This document shows positions 1-13,259 of a stretch of DNA of 64,000 nt, in pieces (the first letter of the stretch is position 1; every line of letters begins with the position of its first letter). Origin of the DNA: Eledone cirrhosa (taxonomy: Eukaryota). The stretch is taken from assembly GCA_964016885.1 (NCBI GenBank), contig OZ024746.1, positions 13,020,001 through 13,084,000 of the forward strand, written 5' to 3'. Below the pieces are notes generated by a model, which was given only the letters and a program-made list of their open reading frames with translations, had not been told where the DNA came from and made no database searches. The translations under genes and the position numbers were made by a program.

Positions 1-35
1 TTGCCAAATGATTCTCTCCAGTCACAACAAGTGTT

Positions 36-88
36 TCTTCTTCTTCTTCTTCTTCTTCTTCTTCTTCTTCTTCTTCTTCTTCTTCTTC
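36..88. repeat. (CTT)n microsatellite
   Basis: Direct read of a perfect CTT run. Confidence 0.95.
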
Positions 89-402
89 TGTGATGATGAC
101 CTTATTAAGTCATGTGGTGAAGGATGAAAGGCACTGGTGATGGAGAGGACTATGAAGGGAAGAAGACTAAGAAATAGATACCTGGAGATGTGGAGGAGGA
201 AGTCAGGTGAGAGAGGATACACCTGGCACAGCCAAGTGAAGTATCTTGTTATGGGGCCTAGCAGGGAAAATGACCTTAAAATACTTGCTGTTGTTGTTGT
301 ATGAGGGGCCATATGAATCTAAACTGCTCCAAACTCCGAAAATTCTAAATCCAGTTGTAGGCAACAAGGTTGACACTTGTCAGTGGTCGGCTGAAGAATT
401 GC

Positions 403-458
403 AAACATGTGCAACCCCAAACATGTGCAACCCCAAACATGTGCAACCCCAAACATGT
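403..458. repeat. 16-bp tandem repeat (AAACATGTGCAACCCC) x~3.5
   Basis: Direct read. Confidence 0.9.
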
Positions 459-539
459 CCATCTATGACAAACTCTATCTCATGCAATATATCATAGAGG
501 GTAGGTCTGATTAGTAAAACTTTAAGTTTTATTTGTACC

Positions 540-768
540 TTAACCCTTTACCATTTACATTACTTTATATATACTATTATATTTTCATGGTAAAGGCTTT
601 ACCTCACATAATTATCTCACATTATATCGAATCTATGAGATTTTTATATTATTGATTTTGAGAAGAATACTGTAACATCAGTATGAGTGGTCAGTTATGG
701 CAGGTTTGAACAAAAAGAGGTGAGAGAATTCTAGCCGGATATGACAGATTAAAATGCTAATGGGTTAA
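540..768 (+). mobile_element. piggyBac-type MITE, family A
   Basis: TTAA at both ends. TIRs CCCTTTACCATTTA ... AAATGCTAATGGG. Six more copies occur in the window. Confidence 0.85.
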
Positions 769-1206
769 GACAGTTATAACTTTAATACAGTATGATGTAG
801 TTAATATCTCATGTTATATTTGTAGTATATCTCAGACCCAAACATAAATCCACTGAAAGCTTGTTTTTACCAATAACTATCTAATAACAGACAGACTGGC
901 ATCAAGAGACATATATCATCAGTTAGTTAATCTATTTGGTCAACAGACATACCTACACCATTACTTTCTAGACCATTTAACATATGTGACAGCTCATTCA
1001 TTCACCCAGGTGTATTGTTGTCTACAGATCTACCTATATCATCACCTGTTAAACCAATCAGCAATTTACACCTATTTTATATTACCTTGTAGAATGCTGT
1101 GTTTGTCTTCATCTTGGTGACATTCACTCCTTTAACATTATTTGGTTACAGTTTATCTGTAACAATTGCCTAGTCTGTATATTACTTTTTTGATGTTGAA
1201 ATTAAC

Positions 1207-1223
1207 ACACACACACACACACA

Positions 1224-1258
<35 letters not shown>
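1207..1258. repeat. (CA)n microsatellite
   Basis: Direct read. Confidence 0.95.
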
Positions 1259-1261
<3 letters not shown>

Positions 1262-1469
1262 TATATATATCTCATACAGAACCGATTTTGGCTTGATTTC
1301 CACAGCTGGATGCTCTTCCTAGTGCAAACCTCGTTTACAGTGAGAGAGAGAGAGAGATGTGTAAAATTCTAACCACGGCGCCAAGCAGGTTTGGCTTGTG
1401 TGTTCATACATATACATACATACATATGTACATACATACGTACATACATACATACGTACATACATATAT

Positions 1470-1842
1470 ATACGTACAAAGTTATTAACCATCTCGCCAA
1501 CAACAAGCCTGAGCACCTTTTTGATCTCCATGTGTCTAACACACGTGGACATGCCTACAAAATCAGAAAACAGCACAGCTCCCATGACTTTCGTAAACAT
1601 TTTTTCACGCTCAGAGTTGCTGAAGCATGGAACAAACTGCCTGCGTCAGTTGTTAGCTGCCTAGACACTGCATCCTTTAAAACCCTCATGCTTCCCAAAA
1701 TTCCATACACATGCACACATGTGTATATCATGACTCATGCACTGTTCATTTTCCTGACGTTTGTACATTACCCTATACACTTTTTGATGAGTTGTAGTGC
1801 ACCTGAGCACTGTACACAATATTTCATTATTATTATTATTAT
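1470..1842 (+). mobile_element. CR1/L2-group LINE 3' end
   Basis: Translation YKVINHL...NTRGHAYKI...RKHFFTLRVAEAWNKLPASVV...SFK matches the CR1/L2-type ORF2 C-terminus. The 3' UTR ends in (ATT)n. The same 3' UTR recurs at ~15905-16040. Confidence 0.85.
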
Positions 1843-2837
1843 ACATATATATATATGTACATATAATCATTAATTATATATCTTGTTACTGTTACATTGA
1901 TTCATTGACCAATAAAGAATATGAATAAAGCCACTGTTTTATTTAGCGTGGGTCAAATTTATAATTTTCTACAAATTGATCTAAATAACAGAATTTAGCT
2001 GTTACTTCAGATATGTTTAAACTGAAGTTAGTAGGGTTTTTAAGTCATGTTAGACTGATGTCGTAGGGAAAAGTGAATTAAAATTTTAAAGATTATAAAC
2101 ATTTGCTATGTATTAAATAGCTCATTGTTATATGCCCTACTTTAAATATTAAGTTCAGCCAAATGTTTTACCTATACAGAAAAAGGCTGTGTTTCATGTA
2201 TAAGTCAGTTTAACTGTTTAAACACACTACTAGCGTCATACTATTTCTATGGTTGTTGAAACAAAGATATTTTAATGTTATATAAGTGTAAACATGAGCA
2301 TTGTTTTATAAGTTCCATATGTTTAAATGACATAACATAAACATAATACTTATGTTTATATTTATATTTACTAAGCAAGTTTATTTATATTTACTAAGCA
2401 AGCTTATTTATATTTACAAATCAGGCTTATTTATATTAACTCTTAACATCATGTAATGATTTAGCAGAAAATATCTAAAAACGTGTTTGTTAATTCAAAT
2501 TTTTATTGTATATTTACTAGTGGACAAATCTTGAATTAATAAATCTAAGAAAAACTATTTTATAACAAATAACAAATCATAAATTTAAATGAAAATTTAC
2601 ATAAAAACATTTTGAAATCAGATTTAATATTTGGCAGACATTTTTGAGTAATTAGAAATTTATGAAAGATCTAGTGATAATCTTTTGTTTTAATGGTAAA
2701 AAATAAAACTTTAAAAAATAATAATGCATTAAAAAAAGACTGTATAGCTGACTAGAAACATTCCAATAATACAATTTAGTTTCTTGCAAATTATAAAGAC
2801 GGATTATTCTTTTCTTGACCTTTTAAGCCTGTTGCTA

Positions 2838-3678
2838 TTAACCCTAACCCCAACACTAACACTAACACTAACACTAACACTAACACTAACACTAACACTA
2901 TCCCTAACACTAACATTAACACTGACATTAACCCTAACACTAACACTAACACTATCACTATCCCTAACACTAACCCTAACACTAACATTAACACTAACAC
3001 TAACACTGACATTAACACTAACCATAACACTAACATTAACACTAACACTAACACTATCCCTAACACTAACATTAACACTGACATTAACACTAACACTAAC
3101 ACTATCCCTAACACTAACATTAACACTGACATTAACACTAACACTAACACTATCCCTAACACTAACATTAACACTGACATTAACACTAACACTAACACTA
3201 TCCCTAACACTAACATTAACACTGACATTAACACTAACATTATCCCTAACACTAACATTAACACTGACATTAACACTAACACTAACACTATCCCTAACAC
3301 TAACATTAACACTGACATTAACACTAACATTATCCCTAACACTAACATTAACACTGACATTAACACTAACACTAACACTATCCCTAACACTAACATTAAC
3401 ACTGACATTGACACTAACATTAACCCTAACATTAACACTAACACTAACACTGACATTAACACTAACCATAACACTAACATTAACACTGACATTAACACTA
3501 ACACTAACACTAACCATAACACTATCCCTAACACTACCACTAACCCTAACACTAACACTATGCCTAACACTAACATTATCACTAACACTACCACTAACCC
3601 TAACACTAACACTATGCCTAACACTAACCCTAACACTAACACTATCGCTAACACTAACCCTAACACTAACACTAACCC
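2838..3678. repeat. Degenerate hexamer array (ACACTA/ACCCTA/ACATTA), telomere-like
   Basis: 6-bp period. CCCTAA units lie at both ends. The TATCCC variant recurs every 48 or 42 bp in the centre. Confidence 0.9.
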
Positions 3679-3687
3679 ATTATATAG

Positions 3688-3878
3688 GGTGGTGGATTGG
3701 GAGTATCGGTAGAGGGTCGGATGCCATGCTTTGCAGAAGAGTTATGGCCCTTTATGGTCTGAGTTCAAATCCCGCCAAGGTTAACTTTGCCTTTCATCCT
3801 TACGGGGTCGATAAAATAAAGTACCAGTAATATGCTGGAATAATTGCTAGCCTTGTGCCAATCGTAGAAACAATTATA
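3688..3878 (+). mobile_element. tRNA-derived SINE (family B)
   Basis: Box-B-like GAGTTCAAATCC followed by GCCTTTCATCCTTACGGGGTCGATAAAATAAAGTACC. Near-identical copy at ~54834-55010; diverged copies at ~26153-26290, ~44925-45050 and ~16040-16110 (3' part). Confidence 0.8.
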
Positions 3879-5028
3879 TAAAGAAAGACTTATCAAAATA
3901 AAGAAAGACATATTAAAATAAAGAAAGACTTATTTAAATAAGACTTATATCCTCTTATTATCGGTATGTGTGTCATGGCCAAGATGAAGGTGAAAAAGGA
4001 GATAAAACTAATTAAGAGTAGAATACTGTCAAGTAGATTGGTATTTTACAGTGAAGTGACTGAATATTGTCACATGACAACAGAGAATGAGAAAACAAAG
4101 GAAAAAGAAGGAAACAACTAGAAACATGTTATAAACTGATGAACAGGACATAATAATAATAATAAAGGTGACAAATACATCAGACACAATATTAGTGTCA
4201 ATAAAAACAGTTTTAACAAGGAAGATAAATAATGTAAAAATAGAAGAAAACAAATATGACATGTTGAAAACTCTTTGAGTAACATTCTTCCTGTCCATAA
4301 GTCACACATTTCAGAAAATAAATCTTGAATTATTACTTGGTCTTTAAATGTACTCTCAGTAAAACTATAAATCTTAGTCTATGAAATAGCGTAAATGATT
4401 TTGATTGTGGAAAACTTCCAAACATTTCAAACTGTAAAGTTATAGTTCAACTATTTTAATGGGCAACGAAACCAATGAGTGTAAATATCCCCCTCCTCCT
4501 CTCCCTCATTCTCACCACCACCACCATTTAACATCTATTTTCCATGCTTGCATAGGTTAGACAGGTTGTCATATTTTGAAGCCAGACAACTCAGGTAATC
4601 ATATCTTGCTTATATGCTTTATTTTTATGTATGGCTGGATGCCCTTCCTAAATCTTACTGGACTGGGTGCTTTTTGTCATGGCACCAGTATGCCCATCTT
4701 ACTTTGCAAAATAAATGACTCAATATAGAGACAAGCTAAGATTCCACAATCTAATAACAGCTAAGTGTAGCCTATAACTGACCAATCAAAGTTCATGGTT
4801 TTGGTAACTGACCAATCAGAGTTCATATTTTTGGTAACTGGCCAACTTAAATTCTTATCATTCATCATTGATAAGCTATATAAAAGGAAACATTTATATC
4901 TTCATAACTTTCAACAATGTTTGGATAAGGAATCTTATAATAAATGGTATAAAAGGAAATTTTCGGCAATTATTGAGAGTATTTCTCACTAAATGGTCAA
5001 TAATTGACAATATTTCTCACTAAATGGA

Positions 5029-8000
5029 TTTACTGTTGCTGTGTCAAGTTGATCAGAGATCAATAATCTGTAATAAGTTTCCAGGACCCACCACGAGGCA
5101 GTTGATAAACTTGGGCACTAACCTCCCTCAGACAGAGTGGGTGTCTCTGAATCAGCTACACACAGGTGAAGACCAATTCAGTGTAGTCATGCACCACAGG
5201 GGGAGGTGTCTATCAACAGTTTGACAGTGTAGTCATGCACCACAGGGGGAGGTGTCTATCAACAGCTTGGCAGTGTGGCTCACCACTGGGGGAGGTGTCT
5301 ATCAACAGTGTGGCTCACCACTGGGGGAGGTGTCTATCAACAGTGTAGCTCACCACAGGGGGAGGTGTCTATCAACAGTGTAGCTCACCACTGGGGGAGG
5401 TGTCTATCAACAGTGTAGCTCACCACAGGGGGAGGTGTCTATCAACAGTTTGACAGTGTGGCTCACCACAGGGGGAGGTGTCTATCAACAGTTTGACAGT
5501 GTAGTCATGCACCACAGGGGGAGGTGTCTATCAACAGCTTAACAGTGTGGCTCACCACTGGGGGGGGGGGTGTCTATCAACAGTGTGGCTCACCACTGGG
5601 GGAGGTGTCTATCAACACTTTGACAGTGTAGTCATGCACCACAGGGGGAGGTGTCTATCAACAGTTTGACAGTGTGGTTCACCACAAGGGGAGTTGTCTA
5701 TCAACAATTTGACAGTGTGGCTCACCACTGGGGGAGGTGTATATCAACAGTTTGACAGTGTAGTCATGCACCACAGGGGGAGGTGTCTATCAACAGCTTG
5801 ACAGTGTGGCTCACCACTGGGGGAGGTGTCTATCAACAGTGTGGCTCACCACAGGGGGAGGTGTCTATCAACAGTTTGACAGTGTAGCTCACCACAGGGG
5901 GAGGTGTCTATCAACAGTTTGACAGTGTGGCTCACCACTGGGGGAGGTGTCTATCAACAGTGTGGCTCACCACAGGGGGAGGTGTCTATCAACAGCTTGA
6001 CAGTGTGGCTCACCACTGGGGGAGGTGTCTATCAACAGTTTGACAGTGTGGCTCACCACTGGGGGAGGTGTCTATCAACAGTGTGGCTCACCACAGGGGG
6101 AGGTGTCTATCAACAGCTTGACAGTGTGGCTCACCACAGGGGGAGGTGTCTATCAACAGCTTGACAGTGTGGCTCACCACAGGGGGAGGTGTCTATCAAC
6201 AGTTTGACAGTGTGGCTCACCACAGGGGGAGGTGTCTATCAACAGTTTGACAGTGTGGCTCACCACAGGGGGAGGTGTATATCAACAGTTTGACAGTGTA
6301 GCTCACCACTGGGGGAGGTGTCTATCAACAGCTTGACAGTGTGGTTCACCACAGGGGGAGGTGTCTATCAACAGTGTGGCTCACCACAGGGGGAGGTGTC
6401 TATCAACAGCTTGACAGTGTGGCTCACCACTGGGGGAGGTGTCTATCAACAGTTTGACAGTGTGGTTCACCACAGGGGGAGGTGTATATCAACAGTTTGA
6501 CAGTGTAGCTCACCACTGGGGGAGGTGTCTATCAACAGCATGACAGTGTGGTTCACCACAGGGGGAGGTGTCTATCAACAGTTTGACAGTGTGGCTCACC
6601 ACTGGGGGAGGTGTCTATCAACAGTTTGACAGTGTGGCTCACCACTGGGGGAGGTGTCTATCAACAGTTTGACAGTGTGGCTCACCACTGGGGGAGGTGT
6701 CTATCAACAGCTTGACAGTGTGGCTCACCACTGGGGGAGGTGTCTATCAACAGCTTGACAGTGTGGTTCACCACTGGGGGAGGTGTCTATCAACAGTTTG
6801 ACAGTGTGGCTCACCACTGGGGGAGGTGTCTATCAACAGTTTGACAGTGTGGTTCACCACAGGGGGAGGTGTATATCAACAGTTTGACAGTGTAGCTCAC
6901 CACTGGGGGAGGTGTCTATCAACAGCTTGACAGTGTGGTTCACCACAGGGGGAAGTGTCTATCAACAGCTTGACAGTGTGGCTCACCACAGGGGGAGGTG
7001 TCTATCAACAGCTTGACAGTGTGGCTCACCACTGGGGGAGGTGTCTATCAACAGCTTGACAGTGTGGCTCACCACTGGGGGAGGTGTCTATCAACAGCTT
7101 GACAGTGTGGCTCACCACTGGGGGAGGTGTCTATCAACAGCTTGACAGTGTGGCTCACCACTGGGGGAGGTGTCTATCAACAGCTTGACAGTGTGGTTCA
7201 CCACAGGGGGAGGTGTCTATCAACAGCTTGACAGTGTGGTTCACCACAGGGGGAGGTGTCTATCAACAGCTTGACAGTGTGGCTCACCACTGGGGGAGGT
7301 GTCTATCAACAGCTTGACAGTGTGGTTCACCACAGGGGGAGGTGTCTATCAACAGCTTGACAGTGTGGTTCACCACAGGGGGAGGTGTCTATCAACAGCT
7401 TGACAGTGTGGCTCACCACTGGGGGAGGTGTCTATCAACAGCTTGACAGTGTGGTTCACCACAGGGGGAGGTGTCTATCAACAGCTTGACAGTGTGGCTC
7501 ACCACAGGGGGAGGTGTCTATCAACAGCTTGACAGTGTGGCTCACCACTGGGGGAGGTGTCTATCAACAGCTTGACAGTGTGGCTCACCACAGGGGGAGG
7601 TGTCTATCAACAGCTTGACAGTGTGGCTCACCACAGGGGGAGGTGTCTATCAACAGTTTGACAGTGTGGCTCACCACAGGGGGAGGTGTCTATCAACAGT
7701 GTAGCTCACCACTGGGGGAGGTGTCTATCAACAGCTTGACAGTGTGGTTCACCACTGGGGGAGGTGTCTATCAACAGCTTGACAGTGTGGCTCACCACAG
7801 GGGGAGGTGTCTATCAACAGCTTGACAGTGTGGCTCACCACTGGGGGAGGTGTCTATCAACAGCTTGACAGTGTGGCTCACCACTGGGGGAGGTGTCTAT
7901 CAACAGTTTGACAGTGTGGTTCACCACAGGGGGGAGGTGTCTATCAACAGTTTGAGAGTGTGGTTCACCACAGGGGGAGGTGTCTATCAACAGTTTGACA

Positions 8001-11000
8001 GTGTAGCTCACCACTGGGGGAGGTGTCTATCAACAGCTTGACAGTGTGGATCACCACTGGGGGAGGTGTCTATCAACAGCTTGACAGTGTGGCTCACCAC
8101 TGGGGGAGGTGTCTATCAACAGTTTGACAGTGTAGCTCACCACTGGGGGAGGTGTCTATCAACAGTGTAGTTCACCACTGGGGGAGGTGTCTATCAACAG
8201 CTTGACAGTGTGGCTCACCACTGGGGGAGGTGTCTATCAACAGCTTGACAGTGTGGCTCACCACAGGGGGAGGTGTCTATCAACAGTTTGACAGTGTGGC
8301 TCACCACTGGGGGAGGTGTCTATCAACAGTGTAGCTGACCACTGGGGGAGGTGTCTATCAACAGCTTGACAGTGTGGCTCACCACTGGGGGAGGTGTCTA
8401 TCAACAGTTTGACAGTGTGGCTCACCACTGGGGGAGGTGTCTATCAACAGCTTGACAGTGTGGCTCACCACAGGGGGAGGTGTCTATCAACAGTGTGGCT
8501 CACCACTGGGGGAGGTGTCTATCAACAGCTTGACAGTGTGGCTCACCACTGGGGGAGGTGTCTATCAACAGCTTGACAGCGTGGTTCACCACTGGGGGAG
8601 GTGTCTATCAACAGTTTGACAGTGTGGCTCACCACTGGGGGAGGTGTCTATCAACAGCTTGACAGTGTGGTTCACCACTGGGGGAAGTGTCTATCAACAG
8701 CTTGACAGTGTGGTTCACCACAGGGGGAGGTGTCTATCAACAGCTTGACAGTGTGGTTCACCACAGGGGGAGGTGTCTATCAACAGTTTGACAGTGTGGT
8801 TCACCACTGGGGGAGGTGTCTATCAACAGTTTGACAGTGTGGTTCACCACAGGGGGAGGTGTCTATCAACAGCTTGACAGTGTGGTTCACCACAGGGGGA
8901 GGTGTCTATCAACAGTTTGACAGTGTGGCTCACCACTGGGGGAGGTGTCTATCAACAGCTTGACAGTGTGGCTCACCACAGGGGGTGGTGTCTATCAACA
9001 GTTTGACAGTGTGGCTCACCACAGGGGGAGGTGTCTATCAACAGCTTGACAGTGTGGCTCACCACTGGGGGAGGTGTCTATCAACAGTGTAGCTCACCAC
9101 AGGGGGAGGTGTCTATCAACAGCTTGACAGTGTGGTTCACCACAGGGGGAGGTGTCTATCAACAGCTTGACAGTGTAGCTCACCACAGGGGGAGGTGTCT
9201 ATCAACAGTTTGACAGTGTGGCTCACCACAGGGGGAGGTGTCTATCAACAGCTTGACAGTGTGGTTCACCACAGGGGGAGGTGTCTATCAACAGTTTGAC
9301 AGTGTGGCTCACCACAGGGGGAGGTGTCTATCAACAGCTTGACAGTGTGGTTCACCACAGGGGGAGGTGTCTATCAACAGTTTGACAGTGTGGCTCACCA
9401 CTGGGGGAGGTGTCTATCAACAGTTTGACAGTGTGGTTCACCACTGGGGGAGGTGTCTATCAACAGTTTGACAGTGTGGTTCACCACTGGGGGAGGTGTC
9501 TATCAACAGCTTCACAGTGTGGCTCACCACAGGGGGAGGTGTCTATCAACAGTTTGACAGTGTGGCTCACCACTGGGGGAGGTGTCTATCAACAGTGTAG
9601 CTCACCACTGGGGGCGGTGTCTATCAACAGTTTGACAGTGTGGTTCACCACTGGGGGAGGTGTCTATCAACAGCTTCACAGTGTGGCTCACCACAGGGGG
9701 AGGTGTCTATCAACAGTTTGACAGTGTGGCTCACCACTGGGGGAGGTGTCTATCAACAGTTTGACAGTGTGGTTCACCACTGGGGGAGGTGTCTATCAAC
9801 AGCTTGACAGTGTGGTTCACCACTCGGGGAGGTGTCTATCAACAGCTTGACAGTGTGGCTCACCACAGGGGGAGGTGTCTATCAACAGTTTGACAGTGTG
9901 GTTCACCACTGGGGGAGGTGTCTATCAACAGTTTGACAGTGTGGCTCACCACAGGGGGAGGTGTCTATCAACAGCTTGACAGTGTGGCTCACCACAGGGG
10001 GAGGTGTCTATCAACAGTTTGACAGTGTGGCTCACCACAGGGGGAGGTGTCTATCAACAGTGTAGCTCACCACTGGAGGAGGTGTCTATCAACAGCTTGA
10101 CAGTGTGGTTCACCACTGGGGGAGGTGTCTATCAACAGCTTGACAGTGTGGCTCACCACAGGGGGAGGTGTCTATCAACAGCTTGACAGTGTGGCTCACC
10201 ACTGGGGGAGGTGTCTATCAACAGCTTGACAGTGTGGCTCACCACTGGGGGAGGTGTCTATCAACAGTTTGACAGTGTGGTTCACCACAGGGGGGAGGTG
10301 TCTATCAACAGTTTGAGAGTGTGGTTCACCACAGGGGGAGGTGTCTATCAACAGTTTGACAGTGTAGCTCACCACTGGGGGAGGTGTCTATCAACAGCTT
10401 GACAGTGTGGATCACCACTGGGGGAGGTGTCTATCAACAGCTTGACAGTGTGGCTCACCACTGGGGGAGGTGTCTATCAACAGTTTGACAGTGTAGCTCA
10501 CCACTGGGGGAGGTGTCTATCAACAGTGTAGTTCACCACTGGGGGAGGTGTCTATCAACAGCTTGACAGTGTGGCTCACCACTGGGGGAGGTGTCTATCA
10601 ACAGCTTGACAGTGTGGCTCACCACAGGGGGAGGTGTCTATCAACAGTTTGACAGTGTGGCTCACCACTGGGGGAGGTGTCTATCAACAGTGTAGCTGAC
10701 CACTGGGGGAGGTGTCTATCAACAGCTTGACAGTGTGGCTCACCACTGGGGGAGGTGTCTATCAACAGTTTGACAGTGTGGCTCACCACTGGGGGAGGTG
10801 TCTATCAACAGCTTGACAGTGTGGCTCACCACAGGGGGAGGTGTCTATCAACAGTGTGGCTCACCACTGGGGGAGGTGTCTATCAACAGCTTGACAGTGT
10901 GGCTCACCACTGGGGGAGGTGTCTATCAACAGCTTGACAGCGTGGTTCACCACTGGGGGAGGTGTCTATCAACAGTTTGACAGTGTGGCTCACCACTGGG

Positions 11001-13259
11001 GGAGGTGTCTATCAACAGCTTGACAGTGTGGTTCACCACTGGGGGAAGTGTCTATCAACAGCTTGACAGTGTGGTTCACCACAGGGGGAGGTGTCTATCA
11101 ACAGCTTGACAGTGTGGTTCACCACAGGGGGAGGTGTCTATCAACAGTTTGACAGTGTGGTTCACCACTGGGGGAGGTGTCTATCAACAGTTTGACAGTG
11201 TGGTTCACCACAGGGGGAGGTGTCTATCAACAGCTTGACAGTGTGGTTCACCACAGGGGGAGGTGTCTATCAACAGTTTGACAGTGTGGCTCACCACTGG
11301 GGGAGGTGTCTATCAACAGCTTGACAGTGTGGCTCACCACAGGGGGTGGTGTCTATCAACAGTTTGACAGTGTGGCTCACCACAGGGGGAGGTGTCTATC
11401 AACAGCTTGACAGTGTGGCTCACCACTGGGGGAGGTGTCTATCAACAGTGTAGCTCACCACAGGGGGAGGTGTCTATCAACAGCTTGACAGTGTGGTTCA
11501 CCACAGGGGGAGGTGTCTATCAACAGCTTGACAGTGTAGCTCACCACAGGGGGAGGTGTCTATCAACAGTTTGACAGTGTGGCTCACCACAGGGGGAGGT
11601 GTCTATCAACAGCTTGACAGTGTGGTTCACCACAGGGGGAGGTGTCTATCAACAGTTTGACAGTGTGGCTCACCACAGGGGGAGGTGTCTATCAACAGCT
11701 TGACAGTGTGGTTCACCACAGGGGGAGGTGTCTATCAACAGTTTGACAGTGTGGCTCACCACTGGGGGAGGTGTCTATCAACAGTTTGACAGTGTGGTTC
11801 ACCACTGGGGGAGGTGTCTATCAACAGTTTGACAGTGTGGTTCACCACTGGGGGAGGTGTCTATCAACAGCTTCACAGTGTGGCTCACCACAGGGGGAGG
11901 TGTCTATCAACAGTTTGACAGTGTGGCTCACCACTGGGGGAGGTGTCTATCAACAGTGTAGCTCACCACTGGGGGCGGTGTCTATCAACAGTTTGACAGT
12001 GTGGTTCACCACTGGGGGAGGTGTCTATCAACAGCTTCACAGTGTGGCTCACCACAGGGGGAGGTGTCTATCAACAGTTTGACAGTGTGGCTCACCACTG
12101 GGGGAGGTGTCTATCAACAGTTTGACAGTGTGGTTCACCACTGGGGGAGGTGTCTATCAACAGCTTGACAGTGTGGTTCACCACTCGGGGAGGTGTCTAT
12201 CAACAGCTTGACAGTGTGGCTCACCACAGGGGGAGGTGTCTATCAACAGTTTGACAGTGTGGTTCACCACTGGGGGAGGTGTCTATCAACAGTTTGACAG
12301 TGTGGTTCACCACTGGGGGAGGTGTCTATCAACAGTTTGACAGTGTGGTTCACCACTGGGGGAGGTGTCTATAAACAGCTTGACAGTGTGGCTCACCACA
12401 GGGGGAGGTGTCTATCAACAGTTTGACAGTGTGGTTCACCACTGGGGGAGGTGTCTATCAACAGTTTGACAGTGTGGTTCACCACTGGGGGAGGTGTCTA
12501 TCAACAGCCTGACAGTGTGGTTCACCACTGGGGGAGGTGTCTATAAACAGCTTGACAGTGTGGCTCACCACAGGGGGAGGTGTCTATCAACAGTTTGACA
12601 GTGTGGTTCACCACTGGGGGAGGTGTCTATCAACAGTTTGACAGTGTGGTCATGCACCACAGGGGGAGATGTCTATCAACAGCTTGACAGTGTGGTTCAC
12701 CACAGGGGGAGGTGTCTATCAACAGTTTGACAGTGTGGTCATGCACCACAGGGGGAGGTGTCTATCAACAGTTTGACAGTGTGGTTCACCACTGGGGGAG
12801 GTGTCTATCAACAGCCTGACAGTGTGGTTCACCACAGGGGGAGGTGTCTATCAACAGCTTGACAGTGTGGTTCACCACAGGGGGAGGTGTCTATCAACAG
12901 TGTGGCTCACCACAGGGGGAGGTGTCTATCAACAGCTTGACAGTGTGGTTCACCACAGGGGGAGGTGTCTATCAACAGCTTGACAGTGTGGCTCACCACT
13001 GGGGGAGGTGTCTATCAACAGCTTGATAGTGTGGCTCACCACTGGGGGAGGTGTCTATCAACAGCTTGACAGTGTGGCTCACCACAGGGGGAGGTGTCTA
13101 TCAACAGTTTGACAGTGTGGCTCACCAGAACAAACTGCTGAACATATACTGGGGGAGAGTCCAGATCTCTGCCCACCTGAGGAGAATATGGACCTCCCAC
13201 ACCCTAATCCCACTACTGTGAGCTGGTTACAATGCCACATAACTACAGCATAAAAGAAG
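5029..13259 (+). mobile_element. 5'-truncated LINE (Ingi/Vingi/I-like C-terminal zinc-finger region) interrupted by an internal satellite
   Basis: Left flank reads LPQTEWVSLNQLHTGEDQFSVVMHHRG; right flank reads QCGSPEQTAEHILGESP...VSWL. Together they match LPR..W..LNRLRTG...MH.WG...C.CG..EQT..HI...CP...WL. Short AAGAAG tail. Direct repeat ACTAAATGGA at 5019-5028 and 13260-13269 (TSD). Confidence 0.8.
5179..13127. repeat. 43-bp tandem satellite (CAGTGTGGYTCACCACWGGGGGAGGTGTCTATCAACAGYTTGA), roughly 185-190 units, with 35- and 46-bp variants
   Basis: Direct read. The copy number is an estimate from array length divided by unit length. Confidence 0.97.

Noticed and set aside
3688-3780. Functional tRNA gene
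   Set aside because: No cloverleaf; it continues into a SINE body and is multicopy.
2784-3830. 348-aa LT-repeat ORF and its antisense ORFs
   Set aside because: These are translations of the hexamer array running into a SINE.
5179-13127. CRISPR array or repeat-protein gene
   Set aside because: The units are head-to-tail with no unique spacers, no cas genes are present, and the context is eukaryotic. A 43-bp period cycles through all frames and hits TGA stops.
5179-13127. CTCF-site or G-quadruplex array (CCACWGGGGGAGG)
   Set aside because: It mismatches key CTCF core positions (no GGCR), and there is only one long G run per 43 bp. Not supportable without a PWM scan or ChIP.
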